Shown piece by piece: positions 36,948 through 47,607 of a stretch of 64,000 nucleotides of DNA; position 1 is the stretch's first letter; each line of letters starts with the position of its first letter. Source of the DNA: an uncultured Eubacteriales bacterium (GTDB taxonomy: Bacteria > Acidobacteriota > Aminicenantia > Aminicenantales > Aminicenantaceae); contig CAYFVQ010000121.1 of NCBI GenBank assembly GCA_964346585.1, forward strand, positions 11,113-75,112, given 5' to 3'. The position numbers and the translations under genes were made by a program. Below the pieces are notes generated by a model. It worked only from the letters and a program-made list of their open reading frames with translations. It did not search any database and was not told the origin of the DNA.

Positions 36948-37193
36948 ATGTTCGGTAACATCGGATTTCCTGAGATACTCGTTATTCTTGCTCTTGCGCT
37001 TCTCATTTTCGGACCGAAAAAGCTTCCAGAGATCGGAAGGTCAATCGGGAAAGCCCTGAGAGAGTTCAGGAGGACTTCGGATGAAATCAAAGAAAAAATC
37101 GAAGAAGAGATCCAGGCCGATGAGCTGAAAGACATAAAAGAAGAGATTGAAAAGGACATCGAAGGCGATGAGGAAGGGAAAAAAGTCACCTGA
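36948..37193 (+). CDS. tatA: twin-arginine translocase TatA/E family protein
   Basis: '[36 protein letters not shown]' canonical TatA TM helix plus amphipathic helix. Confidence 0.85.
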   Translation: MFGNIGFPEILVILALALLIFGPKKLPEIGRSIGKALREFRRTSDEIKEKIEEEIQADELKDIKEEIEKDIEGDEEGKKVT

Positions 37194-37197
37194 CAGT

Positions 37198-37947
37198 ATG
37201 ACCTTCCTCGAACATCTCGGTGACCTCAGAAAAAGATTATTCCACTCCTTCTTGGCTATCATCTTTACAATATTTCCGGCCTGGTTTTTCCACGAACAGA
37301 TCTTCGAGATCCTCGCTCGTCCAATCAATCAATACCTTCCTGAGGGAGAAACCATGGCCGTCACAAGGCTGCCCGAAGCCTTTATGGTTTACATTAAAGT
37401 TTCCTTCCTGGCAGCTCTTTTTGTCGCTTCTCCGTATATTTTTTTTCAGTTCTGGAAGTTCATCGCTCCTGGCCTCTACCAGAGAGAGAAGAAATATGTC
37501 ATTCCTTTTGTCTTCTTCACGTCTATCTTTTTTATCAGCGGAGCCGCCTTCGCCTATTTCATCGTTTTCCCCTTTGCCTGCCGTTTTTTCCTGAATATGT
37601 CAGCCGACTTTGAATTGGTTATTAAGATAGATGAATATTTCAGCCTGGCTCTTAAAGTCATTCTTGGAATCGCAATAGTATTCGAGCTTCCCACGTTGGT
37701 TTTCTTCCTCTCTCGAATGGGCTTGATCACCGCGAAATGGATGGCTAAGAAATTCAAATACGCCTTCCTGGCCATCTTTATTATCGCTGCTATCATTACT
37801 CCAACTCCTGATCCGATTACCCAGAGCATTGTCGCTGTCCCGATGCTCGCACTTTACGGGATAAGCATCGGGATCGCTTTTCTCTCTGAAAAAAGAAAAA
37901 AAGAGAAAGCCAAAGAATCGGAATCCGAGGAAGATTTAGCCGGATAA
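37198..37947 (+). CDS. tatC: twin-arginine translocase subunit TatC
   Basis: 'MTFLEHLGDLRKRLFHS' canonical TatC N-terminus; 6 TM segments; ATG 37198 lies just after the tatA stop. Confidence 0.9.
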   Translation: MTFLEHLGDLRKRLFHSFLAIIFTIFPAWFFHEQIFEILARPINQYLPEGETMAVTRLPEAFMVYIKVSFLAALFVASPYIFFQFWKFIAPGLYQREKKYVIPFVFFTSIFFISGAAFAYFIVFPFACRFFLNMSADFELVIKIDEYFSLALKVILGIAIVFELPTLVFFLSRMGLITAKWMAKKFKYAFLAIFIIAAIITPTPDPITQSIVAVPMLALYGISIGIAFLSEKRKKEKAKESESEEDLAG

Positions 37948-37967
37948 ACATATATTTAGCCGACAGA

Positions 37968-39251
37968 ATGAGGAACAAAGAGAAAGTTATTATCCGGAAG
38001 GTTCCCGATTACGACCCGAAAATCATAAAAAAAATCATCCAGGAAGGCATTAAGGATTTCGGCCTGGCCCCTCAAATCAAGGGGAGAATCACCATCAAAC
38101 CCAATGTGGTCATCGCCCATCCAAAAATGGCCCCGTCTGCATTCACACGTGCTGAATTCATCGATGGATTGCTCGGCGCGCTGGAAGCAGAGAAAAGAGA
38201 CGAAATAAATACTGTGCTTTCTGAAAAATCAGGCGCCGGACTGCCCACAGCCAGGATGTTCAGGCGTGCAGGGTATCACAAACTCAAAAAAAAACACAAA
38301 ACTAAACTGCGCCCTATTGAAGAAGCGAAAAAAAAGACGGTTCAACTTCAAAAAGGAGAAGTCCACACAAAGGCGACCACTGCCCAAGAAATCGTGGACA
38401 ATGATTTTCTCGTCTACACGCCTAAACTGAAGAGTAACGTCTTGAGCCAGGGAATATCCGCCGCCCTGAAGCTCAACATCGGACTGCTCATGGATAAAGA
38501 AAGACTGCGGAATCACAATTCTGAACTGGACAGGAAAATCGTCGACCTCCTGGAAGTCGGCACCCCTGATTTTATCGCCACGGATGCCGTCGAGATCGGC
38601 ACAGGAGGAAATCAAATGACACAGCATGGCCGACATCTGGGAATAATCCTGATGGCGACGAATCCTCTGTCCCATGATGTGGTTTGCGCTCATATACTTC
38701 ATCTCGACCCTCAAAAAATCCAGCATCTGAGGCTGGCTCACGAGAGGGGCTATGGTTCGCTCAGTTTGGATGATATCGAAATCGAAGGGGACATCTCACT
38801 GGAAGAGATCCAGCAAAAAACAAAAAACCTGGACCTCGGGATGGTCAGAGTCGATAAGGCCGACTGCAATATCCGGACGATTACCGGAGAGCCGTATTGC
38901 GTGGGAGGGTGTCACGGGATCTTCCTCGACTGGATGTATATGTTTAAAGACAGAAAACCCGAGCTCTGGAAGAATATGCCGGCCTGGACAGTTGTCATCG
39001 GTCAGTATGCAGGGGATGTATCAGCCCAAAGATTAATGGTGATCGGCACGTGCTCCAGAATCGACGGGAAGGTTCAGGCGAGAAAGCGAAGAAAAATCAG
39101 AGGCTGTCCCCCCAAGCACAAAGACCTCGTCCTCCAGTTTCTTCTCAAAGCCGGAATCATTAATCCTCTTTTCAGGCTGGACACAATCATCGATGCCTAT
39201 TTTTTCCTTTTTCTTTCCTGGCTCAGGAGATTGGTCAAAGGCAGGTTGTAA
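37968..39251 (+). CDS. DUF362 domain-containing protein
   Basis: 'ITIKPNVV' and 'ATDAVEIGTGGNQ...ILMATNPLSHDVVCAHIL' resemble the DUF362 pattern; assigned by recall only. Confidence 0.6.
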   Translation: MRNKEKVIIRKVPDYDPKIIKKIIQEGIKDFGLAPQIKGRITIKPNVVIAHPKMAPSAFTRAEFIDGLLGALEAEKRDEINTVLSEKSGAGLPTARMFRRAGYHKLKKKHKTKLRPIEEAKKKTVQLQKGEVHTKATTAQEIVDNDFLVYTPKLKSNVLSQGISAALKLNIGLLMDKERLRNHNSELDRKIVDLLEVGTPDFIATDAVEIGTGGNQMTQHGRHLGIILMATNPLSHDVVCAHILHLDPQKIQHLRLAHERGYGSLSLDDIEIEGDISLEEIQQKTKNLDLGMVRVDKADCNIRTITGEPYCVGGCHGIFLDWMYMFKDRKPELWKNMPAWTVVIGQYAGDVSAQRLMVIGTCSRIDGKVQARKRRKIRGCPPKHKDLVLQFLLKAGIINPLFRLDTIIDAYFFLFLSWLRRLVKGRL

Positions 39252-39255
39252 GCCC

Positions 39256-40899
39256 ATGGATGGACGACTCATCATCGAAAACAGACGCGTGGAGACAAAG
39301 GCAAAAATTGAATCCCTCAACCCGACTACCCTTAAACCTTTAGGCGAGGCCTGTCTGGCTTCTTCACAAGAGTGCCGCCACGCTCTCCAAGCCGCAAAAA
39401 AGGCTCTTCCTGCCTGGAAAGGACTATCGCTCAGAGAAAAAAGGAAAATCTTTATCGAAGCTAAAAAAATTCTCCTCCAGAGGAAAAATGAGGTGGCTCG
39501 TTTGATCACTGCGGAAAAAGGCACTCCTTTCCCAGAATCTTTATCCGTTGAAGTCCTGGGAGTTCTCGAAGCTCTGGATTACTACGGCCGGAACCTGAAA
39601 AAAACATTTCAACGCAAGAAGATGAAGCACCATGTCATTCTTTTTTCCCATAAGAAAAGCCATTTTCGCTTCGAGCCCTTGGGCGTGACTCTCATCATTT
39701 CCCCCTGGAACTTTCCTTTCCTCATCCCTTGCTGCGATATCCTGAGTGCAATCGCATCTGGAAACACAGTGGTCTTCAAGCCTTCCACATCGACTCCTTT
39801 CGCTGGGCTTTTAATCGGCGATATCCTCATCCAAGCGGGTCTCCCCCCGGGAGTTTTGAACATTGTGACCTGCAAAATCCCGCAGGCTGAAGAAATGGTT
39901 CTCCATCCGGAAATACAAACAATCCTATTCACCGGAAGTGTTTCCACCGGAAAAAGAATTTCCGAACTCGCCAGCCGTAATTTAACTCATCTCGTTCTCG
40001 AACTCGGAGGAAAGGATCCCATGATCGTCCTCAAGGATGCGGACCTGGAAAGAGCCTCCCGAGGAGCGGTCTGGGCGGCCTTCATGAACACCGGCCAAAG
40101 CTGTGGCTCTGTGGAAAGGCTCTATGTGGCGCGGGAAATCGCCGATGATTTTATTGAAAGGATTCTGAGTCATGTGAAAAAATTAAAGACAGGAGATCCT
40201 ATGGAACCTGGAGTCGATATCGGCCCGTTGACAATTCTCAGTCAGCTTCAGATTGTCGAAGATCATATAAAGGATGCAGTCGAAAAAGGAGCTCAAGTGC
40301 TGTCTGGAGGCGCAGGGATTAAGGAATATCCGGGTTATTTTTTCCAGCCAACAATACTTTCGGGAGTCGACCACTCGATGAAGGTCATGAAGGAAGAAAC
40401 CTTTGGTCCGGTGCTCCCGATCATGGTTTTTTCGGAACCGGAGGAAGCTGTTTCTCTCGCCAATGACTCCGATTATGGGCTGACGGCGTCCGTCTGGACT
40501 CGAGATAAACAAATGGCTGCCTGGATGGCCGAGAGAATCGAGGCGGGGACCATCACGGTGAACGACCACATGTATTCCTTCGCAGAGCCGGGAGCCATAT
40601 GGGGAGGAATCAAGCAGACCGGAAGGGGGTACTCCCACGGACCATACGGCCTTCAAGAGCTAGCGAACATCAAATTCATCAGCCATGATTTCTCCAGAAA
40701 AAAAACTCAGACCTGGTGGTACCCTTACAGTGCCCAATGGCCAAAATTCCTGGAGAAAGCTCTTGATCTTTTTCACCACCATCGAATTTCAAATAAAATC
40801 AAGACCATGCTTTCCCTGCTGCCCCACAGGTCGAGGATTCGCGCGGGCAGCCCTCTTTTCAATTTCATAAAAAATATTCCAAAGATATTCAGAAAATGA
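39256..40899 (+). CDS. aldehyde dehydrogenase family protein with about 70-aa basic/aromatic C-terminal extension
   Basis: 'ISPWNFP', 'ELGGKDP', catalytic Cys in '[16 protein letters not shown]', 'EETFGPV'; ATG 39256 lies 5 nt after the DUF362 stop. Confidence 0.85.
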   Translation: MDGRLIIENRRVETKAKIESLNPTTLKPLGEACLASSQECRHALQAAKKALPAWKGLSLREKRKIFIEAKKILLQRKNEVARLITAEKGTPFPESLSVEVLGVLEALDYYGRNLKKTFQRKKMKHHVILFSHKKSHFRFEPLGVTLIISPWNFPFLIPCCDILSAIASGNTVVFKPSTSTPFAGLLIGDILIQAGLPPGVLNIVTCKIPQAEEMVLHPEIQTILFTGSVSTGKRISELASRNLTHLVLELGGKDPMIVLKDADLERASRGAVWAAFMNTGQSCGSVERLYVAREIADDFIERILSHVKKLKTGDPMEPGVDIGPLTILSQLQIVEDHIKDAVEKGAQVLSGGAGIKEYPGYFFQPTILSGVDHSMKVMKEETFGPVLPIMVFSEPEEAVSLANDSDYGLTASVWTRDKQMAAWMAERIEAGTITVNDHMYSFAEPGAIWGGIKQTGRGYSHGPYGLQELANIKFISHDFSRKKTQTWWYPYSAQWPKFLEKALDLFHHHRISNKIKTMLSLLPHRSRIRAGSPLFNFIKNIPKIFRK

Positions 40900-41435
40900 A
40901 GCCAGAAGCGAAACTTATCGGTTTGACCGGGACAAACGGCTCAGGAAAAGGCGAGGCGGCAGCTTATCTTGAAAAGAAAGGATATGCCTATTTCTCCCTA
41001 TCCGATGTGATTCGAGATGCGCTCCACAAAGGCGGGATAGAAGACACACGGGACAACCTTATCGAAAAAGGAAACGAATTGAGAAATAAGTATGGACCGG
41101 ATATCCTGGCCAGACTGGTCATGGAAAAAGTGGAAGGCAAGGCTGTCATCGACAGCATCCGCAATCCTTCAGAGGTCGAATACCTGAGGAAAGAAAAGAA
41201 GTTTATTCTTCTGGCAATCGATGCGCCAGTCGAGTTAAGATATGAAAGAGTCAAACAGAGAGGCAGACAGGAATCCGCCTCGACTCTCGAAGAGTTCATA
41301 AAAAAAGAAAAAGAAGAAATGACAGACAGCGAGAAAGGACAACAACTCCACAGTTGCATGAAAATGGCTGATTTTGTCATTATGAATGACCGAGCTCTTG
41401 AAGATCTACACCGAAAGCTGGAGGAAATAGTATGA
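40896..41435 (+). CDS. P-loop nucleotide kinase-like protein (CoaE/adenylate-kinase superfamily)
   Basis: Walker A 'GLTGTNGSGKG'; about 180 aa; ATGA overlap with both the ALDH stop and the deaminase start. Confidence 0.6.
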   Translation: MKPEAKLIGLTGTNGSGKGEAAAYLEKKGYAYFSLSDVIRDALHKGGIEDTRDNLIEKGNELRNKYGPDILARLVMEKVEGKAVIDSIRNPSEVEYLRKEKKFILLAIDAPVELRYERVKQRGRQESASTLEEFIKKEKEEMTDSEKGQQLHSCMKMADFVIMNDRALEDLHRKLEEIV

Positions 41436-41941
41436 AGCCGAAAAGAGTTTCAAAGAATCAGTATTATTTGGGTATTGCCGAAGAAGTCGCCCGGCGCAGC
41501 ACCTGTTTCCGCCGCTCTTTAGGGGCGATCATCATTCGCGACGACCAGATTATTTCCACTGGATACGTGGGAGCCCCGCGGAAGACCAAAGATAGCCTCG
41601 AGCACGGTTCCTGTCTCAGGGACAAGCTGAATATTCCTCACGGCCAGCGGTATGAACTCTGCCGGAGCGTTCATGCTGAGCAGAATGCAATCATCAACGC
41701 GGCTCGTGCCGGAGTCAGCCTTCTGGGTGGAGACATGTACATCTACGGCAGCGTTGCTGGCAAATTCCAGCCAATAGATGCGTTCCCTTGCTTCATCTGC
41801 AAGAAGATGATCATCAACGCCGGTCTGAACCGCATTATCTGCTCCACAGCTGATGGGAAAATGAAAATTTTCCGCGTGAGTGACTGGGTCAAGGACTGGA
41901 AGGAAGGAGATATCATCGACGACAGCCATCAATACGGCTGA
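41432..41941 (+). CDS. dCMP/CMP-type zinc deaminase (ComEB-like)
   Basis: Zinc motifs 'HAEQNAI' and 'PCFICKKMIINAGL'. Confidence 0.85.
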   Translation: MKPKRVSKNQYYLGIAEEVARRSTCFRRSLGAIIIRDDQIISTGYVGAPRKTKDSLEHGSCLRDKLNIPHGQRYELCRSVHAEQNAIINAARAGVSLLGGDMYIYGSVAGKFQPIDAFPCFICKKMIINAGLNRIICSTADGKMKIFRVSDWVKDWKEGDIIDDSHQYG

Positions 41942-42017
41942 TAGGATACAGGTTTCTAATGAAATTCATGAGTCACTCCGCATCTACACCAACAATAAAA
42001 GTCTTGGAGGCAAAAAA

Positions 42018-44189
42018 ATGAAAACTCAGTCCATAATCCGGCTTCTTCTCGGTCTGTGTTTACTCCTCTGGACTTCACAGGCGTTCTTTTCCTCAGGACA
42101 GGAGAACCAGTCAGCTGCCAAGACCGAAATCAACCTGCTTCAACTTCTGGAAATCACTCCCTCTCCGGAATCCATCGATTACATCCGGAATAAGACGCAG
42201 TTTCAGCTTCACACGTTACTGACAGAGCAGCGTCACCCCAAAACCTGGGACTTGAGTGAGAGGATCCAAAAGGATTCTAGAGCCGGCCTCAAAATGCTTT
42301 TTTCTGTGGATGAAGATATTGTGGACAAGCTCCGTTCCCTATCCAGAGAAAAAGGACCCCTGGAGCAGGCTGTTCAAGCTATCGAAGAGGCCCTCCTTTC
42401 CAACCATAAAATCTACGTCTATGGATGCGGAGCGACTGGCCGTCTGGCAAAGCAGATGGAGAGCACTTTCTGGCGTCCATTCTGGGAAAAAGTAAAGAGC
42501 ACAGGCAAGATATGGAAAAAGATCCAATCTCACTTGGGAGAATCTATTGAAAGCCGTCTCATTGGAGAAATGACAGGAGGAGACAGGGCGCTCATCAGCT
42601 CCCTGGAAGGATTTGAGGACCTTCAGCTCATCGGACATCTCCAGCTTGAGGACAGAAAGGTCGAGAAAGGCGATGTGGTCATTTGTGTGACTGAGGGAGG
42701 AGAGACCTCCTCTGTTATCGGCACCATCCTCTCTGCTTTGGACCAGTGGAAGAAAGTCGACGCCTATGATCCGGTTCAGACCAGAAAAAACCTTTATTTC
42801 ATCTACAACAATCCTGATGAGAAACTTCTTCCCTTTGACCGGAGTCGAGTTGTTCTTGAAGAGCCCGGAATCACCAAAATCAACCTCACCACAGGTCCTC
42901 AAGCCATAACCGGATCCACCCGAATGCAGGCCACAACGATCGAAACATTTGTTGTGGGCAATATTCTCCAGTCTGCCATTGACCGGACTTTGAGAAAGCA
43001 CCTCTCAATCAAGGAAATGGAAAAGCTTGGATTTATCACCGAGCAATCCTTGGAGAAAAACTTGGGAGACTTTTCTTGGCTACTGAAGCAAGTCCAGGCC
43101 AACAGTAACGCCGTCGCCAAATTCACGCAGCTTGAAGCACAAACTTACGAAAATGGCCATTTCTCCACATATTTTGCTCAGGAAGGACTCATCACAGTCT
43201 TTATCGACAGCACCGAGAGGAGTCCCACTTTCCGGCTTTTCCCTCTGGATACAGTCAAGGAAGAGAAAAGAAGATGTTGGATTCAGGTCTGGACGCCTTC
43301 TGCAGGCCTTCAAGAGGCCTGGCAGGCCTTTCTTGGAAGACCCTTCAGAGGTCTGGCCCCTGGATTCTACAGAGGCCCTTTCGAAGAGAAAATCGATGAC
43401 CCATACCTCAAGAAAGCTGCACTGGACAGCTTGAAAAATGCTGGAGATGACCAGCAGAATCTCTATGATTTTTCTTTTTCAGATTTCAACCTGAGAAATC
43501 GAGGCCCAGAACAGGGAGACCTGGGTGTCGCTGTCTGCGTTCAGAATGAAGTGGACGCACTCAAGAAAAAGAATTCTGAGTTCCGAAGATTCATCGACCT
43601 CTTCACAAGCAACGGGGCAAACATGGCTATCATTCTCATCACAGACAAGTTCCCCGAAGATATGATAAAAATCATAAGAAAAATAGCCGGGATTGACACT
43701 CAAGGAGAAGACACCGTCGTCGCTGTGCACATAAAAAGAAGAAACGACCCCCTTGGCATCAATCAGCAAATCGCCCTTAAAATCCTCCTCAATGCCCATT
43801 CCACCGCAGTCATGGCGCGGCTGGGAAAGGTTATCGGTAACACAATGACCAACGTCAGTCCGAGCAACCTCAAACTCATCGGCCGGGCGACATACCTCAT
43901 CCAGTCCCACGTCAATGATACCCTGAGCCGTCCCCAGTGGGTAAAGCTGTATGGCATACAAAAACCGATTTCCTATGGCGAAGCCAACGCCGTCCTCTTT
44001 GAAGCCATTAGCTTCCTCAAAGATAAACGGGAAGGAGCCGGCCAGACAGCCGAAGTGGCCCTGTCAATCATCCGGATCCTTGAGTCTTTCCGACAGAAGA
44101 GGAATTTCTCCAATGCAGAGGCGTTGAGCATCGTTAATCAAACAGGACTGAGCCAGTACCTAACCGATGTCGCCACTAAATTCAATTAA
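42018..44189 (+). CDS. exported double-SIS MurQ/GCKR-like protein
   Basis: Signal-like N-terminus (IIRLLLGLCLLLWTSQAFF); 'YVYGCGATGRLA', 'TEGGETSSVIG', 'ITGSTRMQATT' parallel the MurQ motifs GAGTSGRL / SGRTPYV / TGSTRMKAGT; 724 aa from ATG 42018. Confidence 0.65.
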   Translation: MKTQSIIRLLLGLCLLLWTSQAFFSSGQENQSAAKTEINLLQLLEITPSPESIDYIRNKTQFQLHTLLTEQRHPKTWDLSERIQKDSRAGLKMLFSVDEDIVDKLRSLSREKGPLEQAVQAIEEALLSNHKIYVYGCGATGRLAKQMESTFWRPFWEKVKSTGKIWKKIQSHLGESIESRLIGEMTGGDRALISSLEGFEDLQLIGHLQLEDRKVEKGDVVICVTEGGETSSVIGTILSALDQWKKVDAYDPVQTRKNLYFIYNNPDEKLLPFDRSRVVLEEPGITKINLTTGPQAITGSTRMQATTIETFVVGNILQSAIDRTLRKHLSIKEMEKLGFITEQSLEKNLGDFSWLLKQVQANSNAVAKFTQLEAQTYENGHFSTYFAQEGLITVFIDSTERSPTFRLFPLDTVKEEKRRCWIQVWTPSAGLQEAWQAFLGRPFRGLAPGFYRGPFEEKIDDPYLKKAALDSLKNAGDDQQNLYDFSFSDFNLRNRGPEQGDLGVAVCVQNEVDALKKKNSEFRRFIDLFTSNGANMAIILITDKFPEDMIKIIRKIAGIDTQGEDTVVAVHIKRRNDPLGINQQIALKILLNAHSTAVMARLGKVIGNTMTNVSPSNLKLIGRATYLIQSHVNDTLSRPQWVKLYGIQKPISYGEANAVLFEAISFLKDKREGAGQTAEVALSIIRILESFRQKRNFSNAEALSIVNQTGLSQYLTDVATKFN

Positions 44190-45456
44190 ATCATTGAACA
44201 GACCAAGAGTTCCAACCAAAGGATTTCATTTTTTTCTCATAGGTTTCGTGCTGTTTCTCTGTTCAACAACAGGAAGAGTCTTCCCCTCTACGGATAAGCT
44301 GGTCAAGCTCGGGAACGAAATCTTCCTGAATAAGCTCGCCCCTGCACTCAAAGGAAAATCTCTGGGGCTTGTGATTAACCACACGTCAACTCTCCCTTCT
44401 GGAAAATCCCTTGTCCAGGCCCTCCTTGAAGAAGGGCATAAGATTCAAGCTATTTTTTCTCCCGAACATGGCCTCAGCGGAAAAGTGGAAGCTGGAAAAG
44501 AGGTTAAAAATAGTGACCTCAAAGGTATAGCGATATACAGCCTTTACGGAGAAACGAGAAAGCCCACGCCTGAGCAGATGGAAGGAATCGAATTGTTGAT
44601 CTACGACATTCAAGATGTCGGTGCCCGATTTTATACCTACATCACGACTCTCAAATATGTCCTCGAAGCCGCAGCCAATGAACAAATTCCGGTTTATGTT
44701 CTGGACAGACCGAATCCCGTAGGCGGAGAAATGGTCGAGGGGCCACTGATGATACCAGCGTTTGAATCTTTCATCGGAGCTCTCCCCATCCCGATAAGAT
44801 ACGGCCTCACTTCAGGAGAGCTGGCGATAATGATAAAAGGCGAAAAATGGGTTCCCCAAGATTTTGACCTCCATGTCGTCCGGATGAGAAACTGGAAAAG
44901 ACACTTCTACTGGAAAGATACCGGTCTCCTCTGGAAACCCCCATCTCCCAACATGCCTTCGCCAGAAACAGCCCTTCTTTTTCCAGGCTCATCATTTCTC
45001 GCAGCCATACAGCTGAATGAGGGGGGTGGAACTCCTCATCCCTTTCATCAATTCGGAGCGCCCTGGCTTAAGCCTCTTTCCTTGATGAATCGGTTGAACG
45101 GAGGACAAGATTTCGGTACAGAGCTCGAAGCCATAGCCTACACTCCTCGGTCTCTCCCGGGAAAAGTACTTCACCCCATCTACGAAAACAGGACATGCCA
45201 TGGGGTACGAATAACGATCACCCAAAATGAAAAATTCTTTCCTGTCCGGTTTGCCCTGGAAACCATCAAGGCTCTTCAGGAAGAATGGCCCGATAACATC
45301 TCTTTTGACGCTCTCAAGCTCAACCGGATTTTCGGAAACGAACTCTTGAGCCGTTTCCTCGAAGGGAATATAAAATACGAAACACTTCTCTCGCGAATGG
45401 AGGAAGAGGAGGAATTCTTCAAGCAGCAACGCAAAAAATACTTATTGTACGACTAA
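44167..45456 (+). CDS. DUF1343 / NamZ-like exo-beta-N-acetylmuramidase family protein
   Basis: 'LIYDIQDVGARFYTYITTL' and 'VLDRPNPVGG' are typical of DUF1343; N-terminal hydrophobic segment. Confidence 0.75.
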   Translation: MSPLNSIKSLNRPRVPTKGFHFFLIGFVLFLCSTTGRVFPSTDKLVKLGNEIFLNKLAPALKGKSLGLVINHTSTLPSGKSLVQALLEEGHKIQAIFSPEHGLSGKVEAGKEVKNSDLKGIAIYSLYGETRKPTPEQMEGIELLIYDIQDVGARFYTYITTLKYVLEAAANEQIPVYVLDRPNPVGGEMVEGPLMIPAFESFIGALPIPIRYGLTSGELAIMIKGEKWVPQDFDLHVVRMRNWKRHFYWKDTGLLWKPPSPNMPSPETALLFPGSSFLAAIQLNEGGGTPHPFHQFGAPWLKPLSLMNRLNGGQDFGTELEAIAYTPRSLPGKVLHPIYENRTCHGVRITITQNEKFFPVRFALETIKALQEEWPDNISFDALKLNRIFGNELLSRFLEGNIKYETLLSRMEEEEEFFKQQRKKYLLYD

Positions 45457-45464
45457 CGAATAAT

Positions 45465-45607
45465 GGGGTCAGACTACACTAACTTCAGTAATTGATTGGG
45501 GTCAGTCTTTATCAAAAAGACTTAAAATAAACTTGATTTCAGTTAAGCAGGCGCCGATATTGGCAAAGCCTGACCCCGATTTACTGAAGTTACTAAGGTC
45601 TGACCCC
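45465..45607. repeat. 143-bp palindromic intergenic element (GGGGTCAG arms), same family as 26840-26975
   Basis: GGGGTCAGACTACACTAACTTCAGTAATTGATTGGGGTCAG (45465-45505) versus the reverse complement of CCTGACCCCGATTTACTGAAGTTACTAAGGTCTGACCCC (45569-45607); lies between convergent genes. Confidence 0.7.
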
Positions 45608-45613
45608 TATGAC

Positions 45614-46225
45614 TTAATGTTTGCGGACGATTTCCTTGACTCTCATCAGCTGGACTTGATAGGAACGTTCCATCTCCTCCAGCCGGCTGGAGATGTAGCT
45701 AACGGTTTCCTTGATGCTGGGAATGAGGATATGTTCCAGAGCGTTGACCCGACGGCGAGTCACTTCAATCTCATGAGAGAGGAGCTCGACCGCCTTCCAG
45801 AGTCGCGACATCTCCATTAAATCCTCGAGTATCTCCTGAATTTTTTTTATTCCGATATCGAGCTCGCTTTCCGTGTTGACCAAGTCATAGTCAGAGATTT
45901 CCATTTCACTTATCTCGAACTGAGGAATGGACACGTTGAAAATCCTTTCTTCCTTGGGGGCCAGCAGCAATTTCCCTTCAGGAATGAGCTTTTCCAGCTC
46001 TCTTTGGGATGAACGCGCACGGACTAAAGCAAAAGAAAGAAAGGCCTTCTTCAACTTGGGACTGATGCCCTCCTGGAGCTCGAAAAGCCGGCGCATGAGC
46101 TGAAGGAAACGGCGCATAATCTCCTCCAACTTGTCTTTGAGAAGCTTGTGGCCTCTTTCCGCCAGAACAAGGCGCCTGCGGAGCCTAAGAAGCTCCATCC
46201 TGTTCGGGTTAACAGAGAGTCTCAT
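45614..46225 (-). CDS. ntpD: V-type ATPase subunit D
   Basis: '[27 protein letters not shown]' canonical subunit D N-terminus. Confidence 0.9.
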   Translation of the reverse strand: MRLSVNPNRMELLRLRRRLVLAERGHKLLKDKLEEIMRRFLQLMRRLFELQEGISPKLKKAFLSFALVRARSSQRELEKLIPEGKLLLAPKEERIFNVSIPQFEISEMEISDYDLVNTESELDIGIKKIQEILEDLMEMSRLWKAVELLSHEIEVTRRRVNALEHILIPSIKETVSYISSRLEEMERSYQVQLMRVKEIVRKH

Positions 46226-47607
46226 TTTTCTTCAGAATAATATTTTTTCAAGTATTCCGGACGAATTCTCTTGAGTTCCTGTCTCGGCATGGTATTCAGA
46301 AGCTTCCATCCCAGGTCCAGCGTATCCTGGATGGACCGGGATTCAAACTCACCCTGCCTCACAAACTCATCCTCGAAAAGGTCAGCGAACTTCAAGTACT
46401 GCTTATCCAGGTCGCTCAGGGCTGCCTCTCCCAGGATCAGGGATAGCTCCCTGGCCTCTTTCCCCCGGGCGTAACACGCAAAGAGCTGGTTGAGAACATC
46501 CGCATGGTCTTCCCGCGTCTTCCCCTCACCAATTCCTTTGTCTTTCAGCCGGGACAGACTGGGAAGCACGTCGATGGGAGGATAGATTCCCTTTCGATGT
46601 ATCTCCCGGCTGAGCATGATCTGTCCCTCTGTGATGTAGCCGGTCAGGTCAGCGATGGGGTGCGTTTTGTCATCTTCAGGCATGGTGAGTATCGGAATAA
46701 GAGTTATCGATCCTGTTTTCTTCTTGATCCTCCCCGCTCTCTCGTACATCGACGCCAAGTCAGTGTAGAGATAACCGGGATACCCTCTCCGTCCTGGTAT
46801 TTCCTTCCTAGCTGCGGATATCTCCCGCAGGGCTTCGGCATAAAAGGTCATATCCACCAGGATCACCAGGACATGCATATCCAGCTCAAAAGCGAGGTAC
46901 TCCGCACAGGTCAATGCTAAACGCGGCGTAGCAATACGTTCGATCGGAGGCTCATTGGCTAAGTTGAGAAAAAGTACGGCTCTCTCTAATGCGCCAGTAT
47001 TCCTGAAATCTTCTATAAAGAAATTCGCTTCTTCGAAAGTGATTCCCATGGCGCCGAAAACCACGGCAAACTTCTCTTCTTTCCCTAAAACAGCCGCCTG
47101 CCGGGCGATCTGGGCCGCGATCCGAGCATGAGGAAGGCCGCTTCCAGAAAAGAGAGGGAGTTTCTGGCCTCTGACGAGTGGGTTCATACCATCAATCGAA
47201 GAGACTCCGGTTTGAATAAACTCAGACGGATAATCCCGTGCATCAGGATTTATTGGACTTCCTGTGATATCCAACCTTTTCTTCGCAATGATTTGAGGGC
47301 CTCGGTCCTTTGGATTCCCGGAACCGTCGAAAACTCGACCGATTATCTCCTTTGAGACAGCCAATGTTTGAGAGCGCCCGAGAAACCTCACCTTGGACTT
47401 ATCTACATCCAAACCGACTGTGCCTTCAAAGACCTGAACGATGGCTCTCTCCGTCGAGACATCCAACACAGTGCCCCGTCGCAAAAGACCTCCCGCTGTC
47501 TCGATCTCCACCAGTTCACCGTACTTCACATCCCTTATCTTCTCGACAATAACCAAGGGGCCTACGATATTAGAGACAGTCAAATACTCTTTATACATTG
47601 TCCTCAC
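46222..47607 (-). CDS. ntpB: V-type ATPase subunit B
   Basis: A/V-type B subunit: 'GPLVIVEK', 'SGSGLPH', '[15 protein letters not shown]'. Confidence 0.9.
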   Translation of the reverse strand: MRTMYKEYLTVSNIVGPLVIVEKIRDVKYGELVEIETAGGLLRRGTVLDVSTERAIVQVFEGTVGLDVDKSKVRFLGRSQTLAVSKEIIGRVFDGSGNPKDRGPQIIAKKRLDITGSPINPDARDYPSEFIQTGVSSIDGMNPLVRGQKLPLFSGSGLPHARIAAQIARQAAVLGKEEKFAVVFGAMGITFEEANFFIEDFRNTGALERAVLFLNLANEPPIERIATPRLALTCAEYLAFELDMHVLVILVDMTFYAEALREISAARKEIPGRRGYPGYLYTDLASMYERAGRIKKKTGSITLIPILTMPEDDKTHPIADLTGYITEGQIMLSREIHRKGIYPPIDVLPSLSRLKDKGIGEGKTREDHADVLNQLFACYARGKEARELSLILGEAALSDLDKQYLKFADLFEDEFVRQGEFESRSIQDTLDLGWKLLNTMPRQELKRIRPEYLKKYYSEEK

